DNA of 64,000 nucleotides from Vulcanimicrobiota bacterium (GCA_963795855.1 CAWCIZ010000003.1:224001-288000); one strand, 5' to 3'; positions 42,611-52,743 are shown, counted from the first letter of the stretch. Notes: generated by a model not told the origin, from the letters alone. Numbers and translations: made by a program.

Positions 42611-43452
42611 CGCAGCGGTCGGTTTTGGTTACCGGCGCATCGACCGGCATCGGCTATGCGTGCGTGCAGGCGATTTCCTATGCCGGCTTCATCACATTCG
42701 CCGGCGTGCGTACCGAGGCGGATGCCGAACGCGTTTCATCGCTGCACGCAAACGTGCGTCCGCTGCTGCTCGACGTCACGATACCGCAGCAGATTACCGC
42801 CGCCGCGAATGCGATACGCGTTTCCGGCGCGCCGCTTTGCGGTTTGGTGAACAACGCGGGCGTGGCGGTTGCGGGCCCGCTCGAGTATCTGCCGCTCGAA
42901 GATTTTCGCCGCCAATTCGAAATCAACGTCTTCGGCGCGCTCGCCGTTACGCAAGCGATGCTGCCGCTGCTTCGAGCGAGCGGTAACGCGCACGTCGTCT
43001 TCATGAGTTCCGTTTCGGGTCAGATCGCGCCGCCGTTCATCGGTCCCTATGCCTCGTCGAAGTTCGCGGTGGAAGCCATGGCCGACGCGCTGCGCATGGA
43101 GTTCTCGCCGTTCGGCATTCGCGTCAGCGTGGTGCAGCCCGGTAACGTCCGAACGCCAATCTGGCAAAAGGGACGCGACGCGAAAGACGATCTCGTGAGG
43201 CGAATGCCGCAGGACGCGGTAACGCATTACGGCGAGGCGGTCGATGCGCTCATGCGCGCCACGCAGCGCGAGGAACACTCCGGAATCGAGCCGGATCAGG
43301 TCGCGCGGGCGGTATTGCACGCGCTGACCGCGGCAAGGCCGAAAGCGCGCTACGCCGTCGGCAATCCGCCGGCATGGCAGCGCCGGTTGGCTTCGTTGCT
43401 GCCGGAACGCGCACGCGATCGGCTCATCTTACGCTCGATCAGGCGCGATTAG
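42601..43452 (+). CDS. short-chain dehydrogenase/reductase
   Basis: TGASTGIG, NNAG, YASSK. Confidence 0.88.
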   Translation: MFVSQRSVLVTGASTGIGYACVQAISYAGFITFAGVRTEADAERVSSLHANVRPLLLDVTIPQQITAAANAIRVSGAPLCGLVNNAGVAVAGPLEYLPLEDFRRQFEINVFGALAVTQAMLPLLRASGNAHVVFMSSVSGQIAPPFIGPYASSKFAVEAMADALRMEFSPFGIRVSVVQPGNVRTPIWQKGRDAKDDLVRRMPQDAVTHYGEAVDALMRATQREEHSGIEPDQVARAVLHALTAARPKARYAVGNPPAWQRRLASLLPERARDRLILRSIRRD

Positions 43453-43922
43453 GGTTTTTGATAGAACAGCAGCAGGGTTCCGTTGTTCACGTCCGCGCCG
43501 ACGACTTGCGTAAGACCGATTTTGTTGTCGGCGAGAAACTGAGCAACGGTAATGCGCTGATTCGAGCTGCTCGTGACCGTGATTCTGGCGAGCGCGTTGC
43601 GCAGACTCGCAAGTTGCGACTGATTACGCGTCATTGCCGTGTTCAAAGTGGATGGATCGGAGCCGCTCAATTGCGCGACGTCGACCGGCTTGATGGCGTT
43701 CGCGGAAGCGCCGTTCATCGATTGCACCTTGCGGATCTCTGCACGCATGTTGTTGAGCGAAGAAATGACCTGCGCGAAATTCGGTTCCGCGGCGTTCTGC
43801 GACCCGGTTATGCCCGTCGATGGCGGCGGGTTCGGCGCGGCGGAGGGTGGCGTTTGTGCCGATGCTATTGCGCTCGAGCCCAACACCGAGAGAGCAAACA
43901 GCACCGAAGCGAAGTTCTGCAT
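43449..43922 (-). CDS. secreted hypothetical protein
   Basis: GGAGG SD; signal peptide ending ASA; Pro-rich linker. Confidence 0.7.
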   Translation of the reverse strand: MQNFASVLFALSVLGSSAIASAQTPPSAAPNPPPSTGITGSQNAAEPNFAQVISSLNNMRAEIRKVQSMNGASANAIKPVDVAQLSGSDPSTLNTAMTRNQSQLASLRNALARITVTSSSNQRITVAQFLADNKIGLTQVVGADVNNGTLLLFYQKP

Positions 43923-44003
43923 TCCGGACCTCCTAGAGTGCCGGATTCTTTGCCCTGCTCCGCGCCGGTTAAACGATTCCGCCGCTCGCCTACACCACTT
44001 GGC

Positions 44004-44291
44004 CTAATGCGGCGCAAAGCCGCGATACGGCTTGAGCGGCAGGACGGATTGCACCTCCGCCATGCCGCGCTCGATCATCGGCAGTTCGTGCAAAATCTGC
44101 TGCACGGCTTCGAGAGAATCGGCTTCGAGCAGCAGCACGCCGCCGAGCGCGTCGCCGCGGCTCCAAATGCTGCGAACGATGCCGCGAGTGTAGAGCGAAC
44201 GTACCGCTTGGGCCTCCGGTTCGAGCACGGTCGCGAACTCTTCTTCGGAAAACGTCTCGGTGCGGCGACGAACGATGGCGAGAAGTTGCAT
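44004..44291 (-). CDS. muconolactone isomerase-like small protein
   Basis: E...V..LY..G....IW.R...G.VL.LEA.S......L..LP pattern. Confidence 0.65.
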   Translation of the reverse strand: MQLLAIVRRRTETFSEEEFATVLEPEAQAVRSLYTRGIVRSIWSRGDALGGVLLLEADSLEAVQQILHELPMIERGMAEVQSVLPLKPYRGFAPH

Positions 44292-44292
44292 G

Positions 44293-44667
44293 CTACGGCT
44301 GCAGGTTCACCACTGCGTCAACCGCTACCCCGTATTCACGGTGTAACGTGCCGCCGGCGCGGCTGATTGCCGTAACCGGCACGAGCGTGTCGATTCTCCA
44401 GCCGTTCGGAGCGTTCGCGGACAGTTTGACGACAGCGCGCGTGGCGGCAACGCGCGATTGCGCGCCGATGATTTGCGCGTATCCTTCGGCCGTCCCACCG
44501 GCGCCGACGATAGGAACGACGCGCGACGCTTCGCGATTCGCGACGCCCGCTGCTCCGAGCAATGCGTTCACCGCTCCGTCGATTGGGCCGAGTATTTCGC
44601 TCTGTTGGGCTGCCGCCGTTCCGGCGACGAATGCCGCGACGACGGCGGCGAGCAGCACGACTTTCAT
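44293..44667 (-). CDS. secreted hypothetical protein
   Basis: Signal peptide MKVVLLAAVVAAFVAGTAAA. Confidence 0.6.
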   Translation of the reverse strand: MKVVLLAAVVAAFVAGTAAAQQSEILGPIDGAVNALLGAAGVANREASRVVPIVGAGGTAEGYAQIIGAQSRVAATRAVVKLSANAPNGWRIDTLVPVTAISRAGGTLHREYGVAVDAVVNLQP

Positions 44668-44717
44668 AGCGCTCGAATTCAGGATGACAATGCGAAACCC
44701 CGTCAAAACAGGCGGCG

Positions 44718-46227
44718 ATGGCCTATGATTCGCTGCGCGCGTTCGTCGACGCCCTCGAGCGTTCGGGCGAGCTGCACCGCATAGACGTTCCGGTCGATCC
44801 GCGCTTGGAAATCAGCGAAATCACCGACCGCGTCGTCAAAGCGGGCGGCCCGGCGCTGCTCTTCACGAACGTTCAACGCTCGCGGTTTCCGGTTCTCACC
44901 AATCAATTCGGGTCGCGGAAACGAATGACGATGGCGCTCGCAGCGAGCGATCTGGACGAGGCCGCCGATCGTATCCGTAAGCTGCTCGATTTTTCCATTC
45001 CCGCAAGCGCCGGCGAGCGCATCGGCAAATTGCTTTCGCTTGCGCCGCTCGCGGCGGCCCTACCGAAAACCGTCAGCGCGGGCAGTTGTCAGGACGTCGT
45101 GTTGGACGATCCCGATTTAACGCAGACTCCCGGTGCTGACGACGTGGCCGCTCGACGCCGGCCCGTTCATCACGCTTCCGCTCGTCATCACCAAGGATGC
45201 CCAGTCGGGGCGTTCCAACGTCGGCATGTACCGCATGCAAGTGTACAATGCGCGCGAAACCGGCATGCATTGGCAGCGGCACAAGCAGGGACGAGCGCAA
45301 GCGAAGACGTGGGGCGACCGCGTGCCCGTCGCCGTTGCGATCGGCACCGATCCCGTTCTCACGTACGCGGCAACCGCACCGCTCCCGCCGGTCGTCGACG
45401 AATTTGCATTCGCCGGACTGCTGCGCGGAAAACCCGTAAAACTCGTGCAATGCAAAACGGTCGACTTACGCGTTCCGGCCGATGCCGAATTCGTGCTCGA
45501 AGGATATGTCGACAACACGGATCTGCGCACGGAAGGGCCGTTCGGCGATCATACCGGCGTTTACAGTTTGGCGGATTCGTATCCCACGTTTCACGTGCAG
45601 TGCGTAACGCATCGGCGCGATCCGATCTATGCTGCCACCGTGGTCGGAAAGCCGCCGATGGAGGACGCATGGCTCGGCAAAGCTACCGAACGTCTTTTCC
45701 TGCCCCTGCTGCAAATGGTTTTGCCGGAAGTCGTGGACATGAATTTGCCGGTGGAAGGCGGCTTTCACAATCTGGCAATCGTTTCGATCAAAAAGTCGTA
45801 CCCCGGACACGCGAAAAAAGTAATGAACGCGCTATGGGGCCTCGGGCATATGATGATGCTCACGCGCGTCCTCGTCATCGTCGACGAGGATATCGACGTG
45901 CAGGACCCCCGCGCCGCAGCATGGTTCGTGCTCAATAATTTGGACGCGCAGCACGACCTGGTTTTGATGCCGGGTCCAGTCGACGATCTCGATCACGCAT
46001 CGCCCATGCCCGCGCTCGGCATGAAGATCGGCGTGGACGCGACGCGCAAAGATGCAGCGGAAGGGTACCGGCGGGAATGGCCGCCCGATATGGTTATGGA
46101 CGTCGAAACGCGCCTGCGCGTGAGCGAACGCTGGAAAGCGTACGGGCTCGATCGGATCGAACGCTCGCTCAAACCCGACGCCTGGTCCGGACAAGGTCCC
46201 GAGGCACTCAAGCGCTTATTGTCGTGA
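44718..46227 (+). CDS. UbiD-family decarboxylase (menaquinone biosynthesis, MqnL-like); extra base at about 45126
   Basis: LEISEI.DR, NVGMYRMQ, EGPFGDHTG, TVVGKPPMED, IKKSYPGHA, KIGVDAT. Confidence 0.9.
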
Positions 46228-47093
46228 AGATGGTCGCGGGCACACGAATATTTCTCAAAGAAATTCGCATCGAGCACACGCTCTTTGCATTGCCGTTCGC
46301 GTACGCCGGAGCGGTATTCGCAGCGCGCGGCGTTCCTTCGGTGCACGCGCTCGCGTGGATCACGCTCGCCGTTCTCGGCGCGCGGACGGCGGCAATGGCG
46401 GCGAACCGCTACTTCGACCGCGACATCGACGCGCGCAATCCGCGCACTGCGCGGCGCGCGCTCGCGAGCGGAGAGATGCCGCCGGGAGCGATGTTGTGGG
46501 CGTGCGCGCTCGGTGCCGCGCTTCTCCTCGTGTCGGCGTGGGAATTGAATCCGCTCTGCGTGAAATTGCTGCCGATTGCGGCCGCCGGCGTTTTCTTGTA
46601 TCCGCTCTGCAAACGTTTTACGTGGCTGACGCATTTCGTGCTTGGAGCGGTGGACGCGCTCGCCCCGCTCGGCGCATTCATCGGCATTGCCGGAACCGTT
46701 ACCTGGTCCGCCGCGCTGCTGTTCTGCGCGGTGACCGTCTGGGTGGCAGGGTTCGACATCATCTACGCGCTGATGGATTTGCCGATCGACCGCGCGCAAG
46801 GGATTCGCTCGCTGCCGGCGCGCTTTGGAGAACGAAGCGCGAGGGTTCTTCCGATGCTGCTCCACGTTGCGATGATTGCACTGCTCGCCGGAGCGGGAGT
46901 TCTTGCTCGTGCGGCTTGGCCATACGGCCTCGGCCTGGCAGCCGCTATTGCGCTCGTCGCATATGAGGAGCGCTCGTTCGGCGCAGCGGAGAACGTGTAC
47001 GTCCTGAACGAGCGGATTTTTACATCGAATATGGCGTTCTCGGTCGTTTTTCTGCTAACGGTCGTCGCCGGATTCACGTTGGGACGAGTGTGA
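46224..47093 (+). CDS. UbiA-family prenyltransferase (MqnP-like)
   Basis: EHTLFALPFAY, NRYFDRDIDARNPRT, WVAGFDIIYALMD. Confidence 0.9.
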   Translation: MKMVAGTRIFLKEIRIEHTLFALPFAYAGAVFAARGVPSVHALAWITLAVLGARTAAMAANRYFDRDIDARNPRTARRALASGEMPPGAMLWACALGAALLLVSAWELNPLCVKLLPIAAAGVFLYPLCKRFTWLTHFVLGAVDALAPLGAFIGIAGTVTWSAALLFCAVTVWVAGFDIIYALMDLPIDRAQGIRSLPARFGERSARVLPMLLHVAMIALLAGAGVLARAAWPYGLGLAAAIALVAYEERSFGAAENVYVLNERIFTSNMAFSVVFLLTVVAGFTLGRV

Positions 47094-48256
47094 GCATGCA
47101 TCGCAAAGACTTTTTGCTGTCCGGCGCCGCGACGGTCGCCGCTGCGGCCGTGCCCCGAATCGCGCGAGCGCAGTTCAATTCCACGTTGCGTCAGCAAGTT
47201 ACAATCGCCGTAAACGCGCCGCTTTCCGGCGACGCGGGATCCGCCGGGCGGCAAATTGCAAACGGCGTGCAAGCGGCGGTGGATGAAGCCAATCAGTACG
47301 GCGGTTCGTATTCGACCGCCTATAGCATGCGTGCGTTCGACGATATGGATGCGCTCGCGCAGTCGATGGTCAACGTGCAATTCGCCGCCGGCGATCCGAC
47401 CGTGCTTGCCGTCATCGGCGGTCCGGACGGGTCGCTTATTTCCGCCGCGCTTTCAACCTACGCGAACCAGCAAATGCCGCTGCTCGTCCCGGGTTCCACC
47501 GCCGATGCTATTACTTCGCAAGGGTACCGCATGGTGTGGCGGCTCCCGACGAAAGATTCGCTCGAGGGACAGCTGCACGCGCTTTTCGTCGCAAAGCGGC
47601 TGCATCCGAAAACCGCCATCGGCGTGACGCAGGACGGTGATTACGGATTTCAAGCGGCCAACGCGTTCGCCGCACAAGCGAAGCGTTCGGGTATCGCCGC
47701 CGACGGATTTCAATTCCCGTACCAAAAGCCGGACTACGCGGCTGCCGCCAAGCGTATCGCGGACAAAAAACCGGACTACGTTCTGCTCTGCGGCACCACG
47801 GATGCGATGGGCCCGCTCGTGCCCGCGCTGCACGCTGCGGGATATACGGGCAAACTCGGGGCCACCGAAGGTTTTTACAACGAGGCGACCCTTTCCAAAT
47901 ATGCGGATGCCTTCGCCGGCGGCTTCATCTCGACGTCCTTCCCTCCGTTGGAACGCGCGCCCGACGTACTGAACGCACTGAGCGACTTCCGCTCGCGTTA
48001 CACCGTCACGTCGCTCTCCGCCTTTGCGTACGCCGCGGCGCAGATCGTGATCGCCGCGTCCAAGCGTACCGGAGCGACGAACCGGCTCGCGACCATGAGC
48101 GCGCTGCAGGCGCCGACGTCGTACAACACGATCGTCGGATCGTTCCAGTTTACGCCGACCGGAGATCCGGTCGATCCGAACCTCTATTTTTATACGATCG
48201 ACGACGGCAAGTTCAAATATGCCGCGCCGTACCACCCGACGAGTTTTGTGCTGTAA
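47090..48256 (+). CDS. branched-chain amino acid type ABC substrate-binding protein
   Basis: APLSG...G....G...A, DYG, type I periplasmic binding fold pattern; Tat-like leader RKDFL. Confidence 0.82.
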   Translation: MSMHRKDFLLSGAATVAAAAVPRIARAQFNSTLRQQVTIAVNAPLSGDAGSAGRQIANGVQAAVDEANQYGGSYSTAYSMRAFDDMDALAQSMVNVQFAAGDPTVLAVIGGPDGSLISAALSTYANQQMPLLVPGSTADAITSQGYRMVWRLPTKDSLEGQLHALFVAKRLHPKTAIGVTQDGDYGFQAANAFAAQAKRSGIAADGFQFPYQKPDYAAAAKRIADKKPDYVLLCGTTDAMGPLVPALHAAGYTGKLGATEGFYNEATLSKYADAFAGGFISTSFPPLERAPDVLNALSDFRSRYTVTSLSAFAYAAAQIVIAASKRTGATNRLATMSALQAPTSYNTIVGSFQFTPTGDPVDPNLYFYTIDDGKFKYAAPYHPTSFVL

Positions 48257-48380
48257 CGTGGTGCGGCGGTCGGTGAGCCGACGGGCTCGGCGCGACCGTT
48301 TCTTCGTCCTCGAGCATGAGCACGAATCGCAGTTTCCATGCGCCGAGCGCGATGCAGAATTTGGCTCCGAACAGTTCCAT
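48213..48380 (-). CDS. possible small protein at the end of the Ytr-like operon
   Basis: ATG 2 nt after the permease stop with GGAGG upstream; MELFGAKFCIALGAWKLRFVLMLEDEE; overlaps the convergent gene. Confidence 0.35.
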   Translation of the reverse strand: MELFGAKFCIALGAWKLRFVLMLEDEETVAPSPSAHRPPHHVTAQNSSGGTARHI

Positions 48381-48382
48381 TT

Positions 48383-49417
48383 TCAAGCCTCCACGCGGCG
48401 CCACTGAGCAACCGCGAGCGCGACATACGCAACGCTGAGAGCGCACAGCACGCCGGCACAGCCGGCAATCGGCAGCAACGCGTTCGAGCGTCCTCCGCTG
48501 CTGTGCGAAAGGTAGGCGAGGGGATCGATATAAGAGAGCGCTCTGAAAATCGCATAGAACCATGCCGCGACGCCGTTGACCGCTGCCAAAGAGTGCAGCG
48601 CGTCCGCGATTCCAGGGACCAGCAGCGCGACAAGCCACCCCAATCCGACGACGATTCCCGGACCGCGCTTGAGCGAGGCGCTCGCCGCAGTGATGCAGGC
48701 GTACCACGCAATCGGCAGGGCCAGAGACAGGACGATCGTCCAACCCAAATCCGATCCGTAAGAAAAGCGCGGAACGAAGAACAGGAGAGTCGCAATCAGC
48801 ATTACGGCGAACGTGAGCAACTGCGAGAAGAGAATCGCAACGGCATCCACGACCGCGGCCGCGACGGCATAGTGCTCGCGCGAAACCGGTTTCGTCCACG
48901 CGACCTCCAAATGTCCGTCGTTATCTTTCGAAAGAGCGCCTCCGAGCAGCGATGCGACGATCAACCCCATGAGTATCGTGATGAAAAAGCAGATTCCCAG
49001 ATCGAACGCCGGGACCGAGGGATTGTAGTGAATGATCGTGCGGTCGAGGGGTCCGCGGGTGGTCTCATGGATCGAAACGCTGCCGAACGAAAAATCTTCA
49101 TGGCTTCCACTCGCGCTTTTGGGTTCGGTCACATCCATGTCGACGCGGCCGCTGGGCCGCTGGAAAATCTCCGCGTGCGTACGGCGCGGCGGATCGTTCA
49201 CGACAATATGCGTCGATCCGTCCGCGAGCGTCGTGCGCGTCACGTGCGCCGTAGGCGAGTGCTGAAGTTCGACGGGCCAGTTTTGGATCGACCCGTGATG
49301 ATGCGTCGCGGCGACGATCCGAACGATTATCGCGCACAACAGAAAGATGCCGAGCAGAATCGCAGCGATACGGACGGCGCGCTTTGCCCGCGCGTATTCG
49401 GCGAAGTAATACATCAT
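48383..49417 (-). CDS. ABC exporter permease with extracytoplasmic loop
   Basis: Six TM segments, TKPVSRE motif, downstream of the ABC ATPase. Confidence 0.8.
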   Translation of the reverse strand: MMYYFAEYARAKRAVRIAAILLGIFLLCAIIVRIVAATHHHGSIQNWPVELQHSPTAHVTRTTLADGSTHIVVNDPPRRTHAEIFQRPSGRVDMDVTEPKSASGSHEDFSFGSVSIHETTRGPLDRTIIHYNPSVPAFDLGICFFITILMGLIVASLLGGALSKDNDGHLEVAWTKPVSREHYAVAAAVVDAVAILFSQLLTFAVMLIATLLFFVPRFSYGSDLGWTIVLSLALPIAWYACITAASASLKRGPGIVVGLGWLVALLVPGIADALHSLAAVNGVAAWFYAIFRALSYIDPLAYLSHSSGGRSNALLPIAGCAGVLCALSVAYVALAVAQWRRVEA

Positions 49418-50325
49418 TTCGAAGGAACCCCGCTCTCCACGATGTCGGCCGTCTGGCCGGCATCAACCGCATTCAGGAAAATATCTTCCAAATTTAAATC
49501 CACGATGCGCACGCTTTGAGCGCCCATCGCGCTGAGCCGGCGCGCGAGATCGTCGCTGCCGCCGGTGACGGTGAGCCGGAAGATGCGCCCCGTCTTTTCC
49601 ACGCGCGTTACGCGCGCGTCGTTGGCCACGCCGTTGAGGGCTGCAGCATCCGATTCGAAGATCGCTTCGACGATTTTGGAATCGGCCTTCAGATCGTCGA
49701 CGGCGCCGGAGAGCGCGATGCTTCCGCTCTTCAGCACGGCGATGTGATCCGCCGCGCGCTCGACTTGACCAATCTGATGCGATGAAAGCACGATCGTCGC
49801 GCCCTGTGCCGACGCGTCGATCATGAGTTTCAAAACCGAACGCTGATTGATGGGATCCAGACCGCTCGTCGGTTCGTCGAGCACCATGATCTCCGGCTCG
49901 AGGGCGAAGGCCATCACGACCGCTAACGCGGTGCGCATCCCCTTCGACATGTCGCGCACGCGTTTGCGCGCGTCCAGCGAAAAGAGCTGCATCAATTCGT
50001 CAGCCCGTTTTGCGCTGTATCGTTTGAATGCGCGTTTCTGCATCTCGAGATGCTCCGCGGCGCTCATCCAATCGTACAACGCACTGCGTTCCGGCACGTA
50101 AGCCAGTTGTTCGAACATCGGCGGCGTAAGCGGTTTGCCGTCGAAGCGCACGTGGCCGGAGCTCGCGGCGGCAAGCCCGAGCATGCATTTGAACGTACTG
50201 GTTTTACCTGCGCCGTTGGGGCCGAGCAGGCCGAACACCGATCCGGTCGGGATTTCGATGCTCACATCGTCGACGGCGGTGAAAGTTCCGTACCGCTTGG
50301 TCAGACGCTCGATGGAAATGCTCAT
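49414..50325 (-). CDS. ABC transporter ATP-binding protein (YtrB-like)
   Basis: GPNGAGKTS, MSKGM, LDEPTSGLDP, SSH. Confidence 0.92.
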   Translation of the reverse strand: MSISIERLTKRYGTFTAVDDVSIEIPTGSVFGLLGPNGAGKTSTFKCMLGLAAASSGHVRFDGKPLTPPMFEQLAYVPERSALYDWMSAAEHLEMQKRAFKRYSAKRADELMQLFSLDARKRVRDMSKGMRTALAVVMAFALEPEIMVLDEPTSGLDPINQRSVLKLMIDASAQGATIVLSSHQIGQVERAADHIAVLKSGSIALSGAVDDLKADSKIVEAIFESDAAALNGVANDARVTRVEKTGRIFRLTVTGGSDDLARRLSAMGAQSVRIVDLNLEDIFLNAVDAGQTADIVESGVPSK

Positions 50326-50720
50326 TGTTCCTCCGGAAACCACCGCGCGAGCGCGGCCTCGAAGAGTACGCGGATGTTCGCGGCGTTCAAGCCGATCGAC
50401 TTCGCCTCGCGAACCGCTTGCAGCAACGAATCGGAGGCCACGTCGGAAGCCGCTGCGCGCGAATTCTCGACCGAACCATTGCCTCGCACGAACGAGCCCC
50501 GTCCGGGGGCCGTCTCGATGATGTCGTCGCGTTCCAGTTCGCGATAGGCGCGCGCGACCGTGTTCGGATTCACCGTGAGATCGAGCGCGAGCTGCTTGAC
50601 GGTGGGGAGCTGCTCGCCGGGGGCGAGGACTCCAAGGGCCACGGAGCGCTTGACTTGCTCGATGATCTGCAGGTAGATCGGAACGCCGCTGCGCGGGTCG
50701 ACCGTGAGAACGGCTGGCAT
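50322..50720 (-). CDS. GntR family regulator, YtrA subfamily
   Basis: PIYLQI, LPTVKQLA..L.VNPNTVARAYRELE, GRGSFV; short C-terminus; upstream of ABC genes. Confidence 0.92.
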   Translation of the reverse strand: MPAVLTVDPRSGVPIYLQIIEQVKRSVALGVLAPGEQLPTVKQLALDLTVNPNTVARAYRELERDDIIETAPGRGSFVRGNGSVENSRAAASDVASDSLLQAVREAKSIGLNAANIRVLFEAALARWFPEEQ

Positions 50721-50729
50721 GGCGCCGAG

Positions 50730-50846
50730 TTAAAGCTTCGGGCCCCAGCCGAGGAAAAGACCGCCGGACTGCTGCTCCAGCGGGAAGGCGGGACGGCGCG
50801 TTTCGCCTTCGATATTACGGACTTGACGGTTCAGACGGATGGTCAT
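50730..50846 (-). CDS. small peptide 1 of the GWGPK family (38 aa)
   Basis: AGGAG SD 7 nt before ATG; MTIRLNRQVRNIEGETRRPAFPLEQQSGGLFLGWGPKL. Confidence 0.75.
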   Translation of the reverse strand: MTIRLNRQVRNIEGETRRPAFPLEQQSGGLFLGWGPKL

Positions 50847-50887
50847 CGCTTTGCTCCTAAATTCCGCACTAGTGTCAATCTGCTGTC

Positions 50888-50931
50888 GTACTAGTACACT
50901 AGTACAATAGCACATTATCGCAAGCCGTCAA
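50888..50931 (-). promoter_or_regulatory. promoter with overlapping YtrA-type operator
   Basis: Minus strand TTGACG-16 nt-TATTGT; perfect inverted repeat GTACTAGT-AC-ACTAGTAC at 50888-50905. Confidence 0.7.
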
Positions 50932-50975
50932 GCCCCTTGGTCAAAAAAAAATCCCGGCCGTGGTATAAACAGCGC

Positions 50976-52265
50976 ATGCCCGGCCTCTTTCGAGGGTCCT
51001 GCGACCTTACGTTTCGCGGCGAGCGGCCGGCGTTTTACGCAACGCTGCTTTTCGCACTCCCCGCGGCCGCCGCGATCGGCTTCGTCATCCATGAAGAGAT
51101 CGGCATCTCGCAGGTCGCGCTTTTTCTGGTGATCGCGATGGTTTACGTCACGCTTGGGCGCGGCCGGCTCGTCGGAACGAGTGTGCGCATTCACGAAACG
51201 CAGTATCCGGAGTTGTTCGCGGTGGTCAAGCGCTGCGCAGCCGCGCTCGACTTGCCGATGCCCCTGGTTTTCGTGCGGGAAGACTACAACGTTCCCGTGC
51301 TTGCGGTGGGATTGGGCGAACCGTATTCGCTCGTCATTTCGAGCAATTGGATCGAGCACTTCAAGGAAGACGAACTGACATTCATGGTGGGGCGGGAGAT
51401 CGGACACATCGCTTCGGGTCACACACGCCTGACGTCGCTGCTCAGCGTGAACGGAAACGAAAATGCGATCGTGTCGCTCGTTTTCGGGGCGTGGCTTCGC
51501 AAAGCGGAACTCACCTGCGATCGCGTGGGCCTGCTCTGCTGCGGCAGCGTCGACGCCGCGACGCGCGGGATCGCGGTCGCCTCTTTTCATCATTTCGCTC
51601 GCAAAATCGACCATCGAGCGTTTGCGCGCCAGCATCGCGACGCCGGCATGGACGGCATTTTCCGGCTCGGCGAATGGCTCGGCGCGATGCCGTACGCGAC
51701 GACGCGCATCGACGCAATGCAGGCGTTCTCCGTTACGGATCTGTACCGGATGCACGAGCCGCGCTTCGCACGGCCGGACGCACCCGCACCGGTTCATGTC
51801 GTGGAACGCGGCGAAACGACCGTGAAGAGCCGCGACTGCGCCGGGTGGTGGCGGCGTTTCTGGGCCTTCGTCCTCGATACGATCGTCGTGGGCGCCATTG
51901 CCAATATCGTCACGCTGCATGCGGAGTCGCTCAAGAATCAGACGACGGTGCTCTTCGGCAACGTTCACGTCGCGGTGAGCGGCACGTGGTGGCTGAGCAC
52001 GCTGGGATTCCTCGTCTACTGCACGGTTCTCGTTGGCCTCGTGGGTCAGACGCCCGGAATGCTCGTGGCTGGACTGCGCGTCGTACGCACCGACTTCGGG
52101 CGACCCGGCTTCGCACAATCGTTGTGGCGCTACGCGTTACTGATTTTGCTGTGTTGGTACATCGTGCCGCTCAGCCCGTTTTCACGCGTGTATGCCAGCG
52201 ACAAATGGTCGCGTACGCGCCTGATCAAAACCGAGCGCGTCCTCGCGCGAACGGCTACCGCGTAA
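50976..52265 (+). CDS. M48 peptidase-like domain (degenerate zinc motif) fused to an RDD domain
   Basis: Q.PEL, DELTFMVGREIGHI, ELTCDR; RRFWAFVLD...GQTPG...GLRVV...LWRY...DKW. Confidence 0.78.
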   Translation: MPGLFRGSCDLTFRGERPAFYATLLFALPAAAAIGFVIHEEIGISQVALFLVIAMVYVTLGRGRLVGTSVRIHETQYPELFAVVKRCAAALDLPMPLVFVREDYNVPVLAVGLGEPYSLVISSNWIEHFKEDELTFMVGREIGHIASGHTRLTSLLSVNGNENAIVSLVFGAWLRKAELTCDRVGLLCCGSVDAATRGIAVASFHHFARKIDHRAFARQHRDAGMDGIFRLGEWLGAMPYATTRIDAMQAFSVTDLYRMHEPRFARPDAPAPVHVVERGETTVKSRDCAGWWRRFWAFVLDTIVVGAIANIVTLHAESLKNQTTVLFGNVHVAVSGTWWLSTLGFLVYCTVLVGLVGQTPGMLVAGLRVVRTDFGRPGFAQSLWRYALLILLCWYIVPLSPFSRVYASDKWSRTRLIKTERVLARTATA

Positions 52266-52743
52266 TTTGCGTCTGCAACGCGTTGCTCATACGGTTTAAC
52301 GCGTTGACCATGCCGATGAGCGACAGAATTTCGACGATCTCTCCGTCGTCGTAGTGCGTGCGCAGTTCGCTCCACAACGTTTCCGGCAGCGCACGCGCCT
52401 CGCGGGTCAGCGAAACTGCAGTCGATAGGGCTGCTTTTTCACGCGCGCCGAACAAATCGCTGCGCGCAAAATCCCACAGCGCGTTCAGCGAGTCGACGCT
52501 CACGCCTGCAGCGCGCGCTTCCCGCCGGTACGCAACGAGTGCCGGTTCGCAGAAATTCACGGCGGACACCATTGCCGCGCAGAGCGCTTTGGTCGCCGCA
52601 GAAACGGTGCCGCTTCGAATGACGACGCGCAGATAATCGGCCGCTGCGGCGGCGATCTCGGGGCGCGCGGCGAGCGTCGCGAAGAGATTCGCGTCGGGAA
52701 CTTCGCCCGTGCCCGGCGCGGCGAGCGCGGGCAGCCGAGGCAT
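52255..52743 (-). CDS. carboxymuconolactone decarboxylase/AhpD-like protein
   Basis: VSAVNFC, REKAAL...LT, LRTHYDDGEIVE, N.LNR. Confidence 0.75.
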   Translation of the reverse strand: MPRLPALAAPGTGEVPDANLFATLAARPEIAAAAADYLRVVIRSGTVSAATKALCAAMVSAVNFCEPALVAYRREARAAGVSVDSLNALWDFARSDLFGAREKAALSTAVSLTREARALPETLWSELRTHYDDGEIVEILSLIGMVNALNRMSNALQTQITR

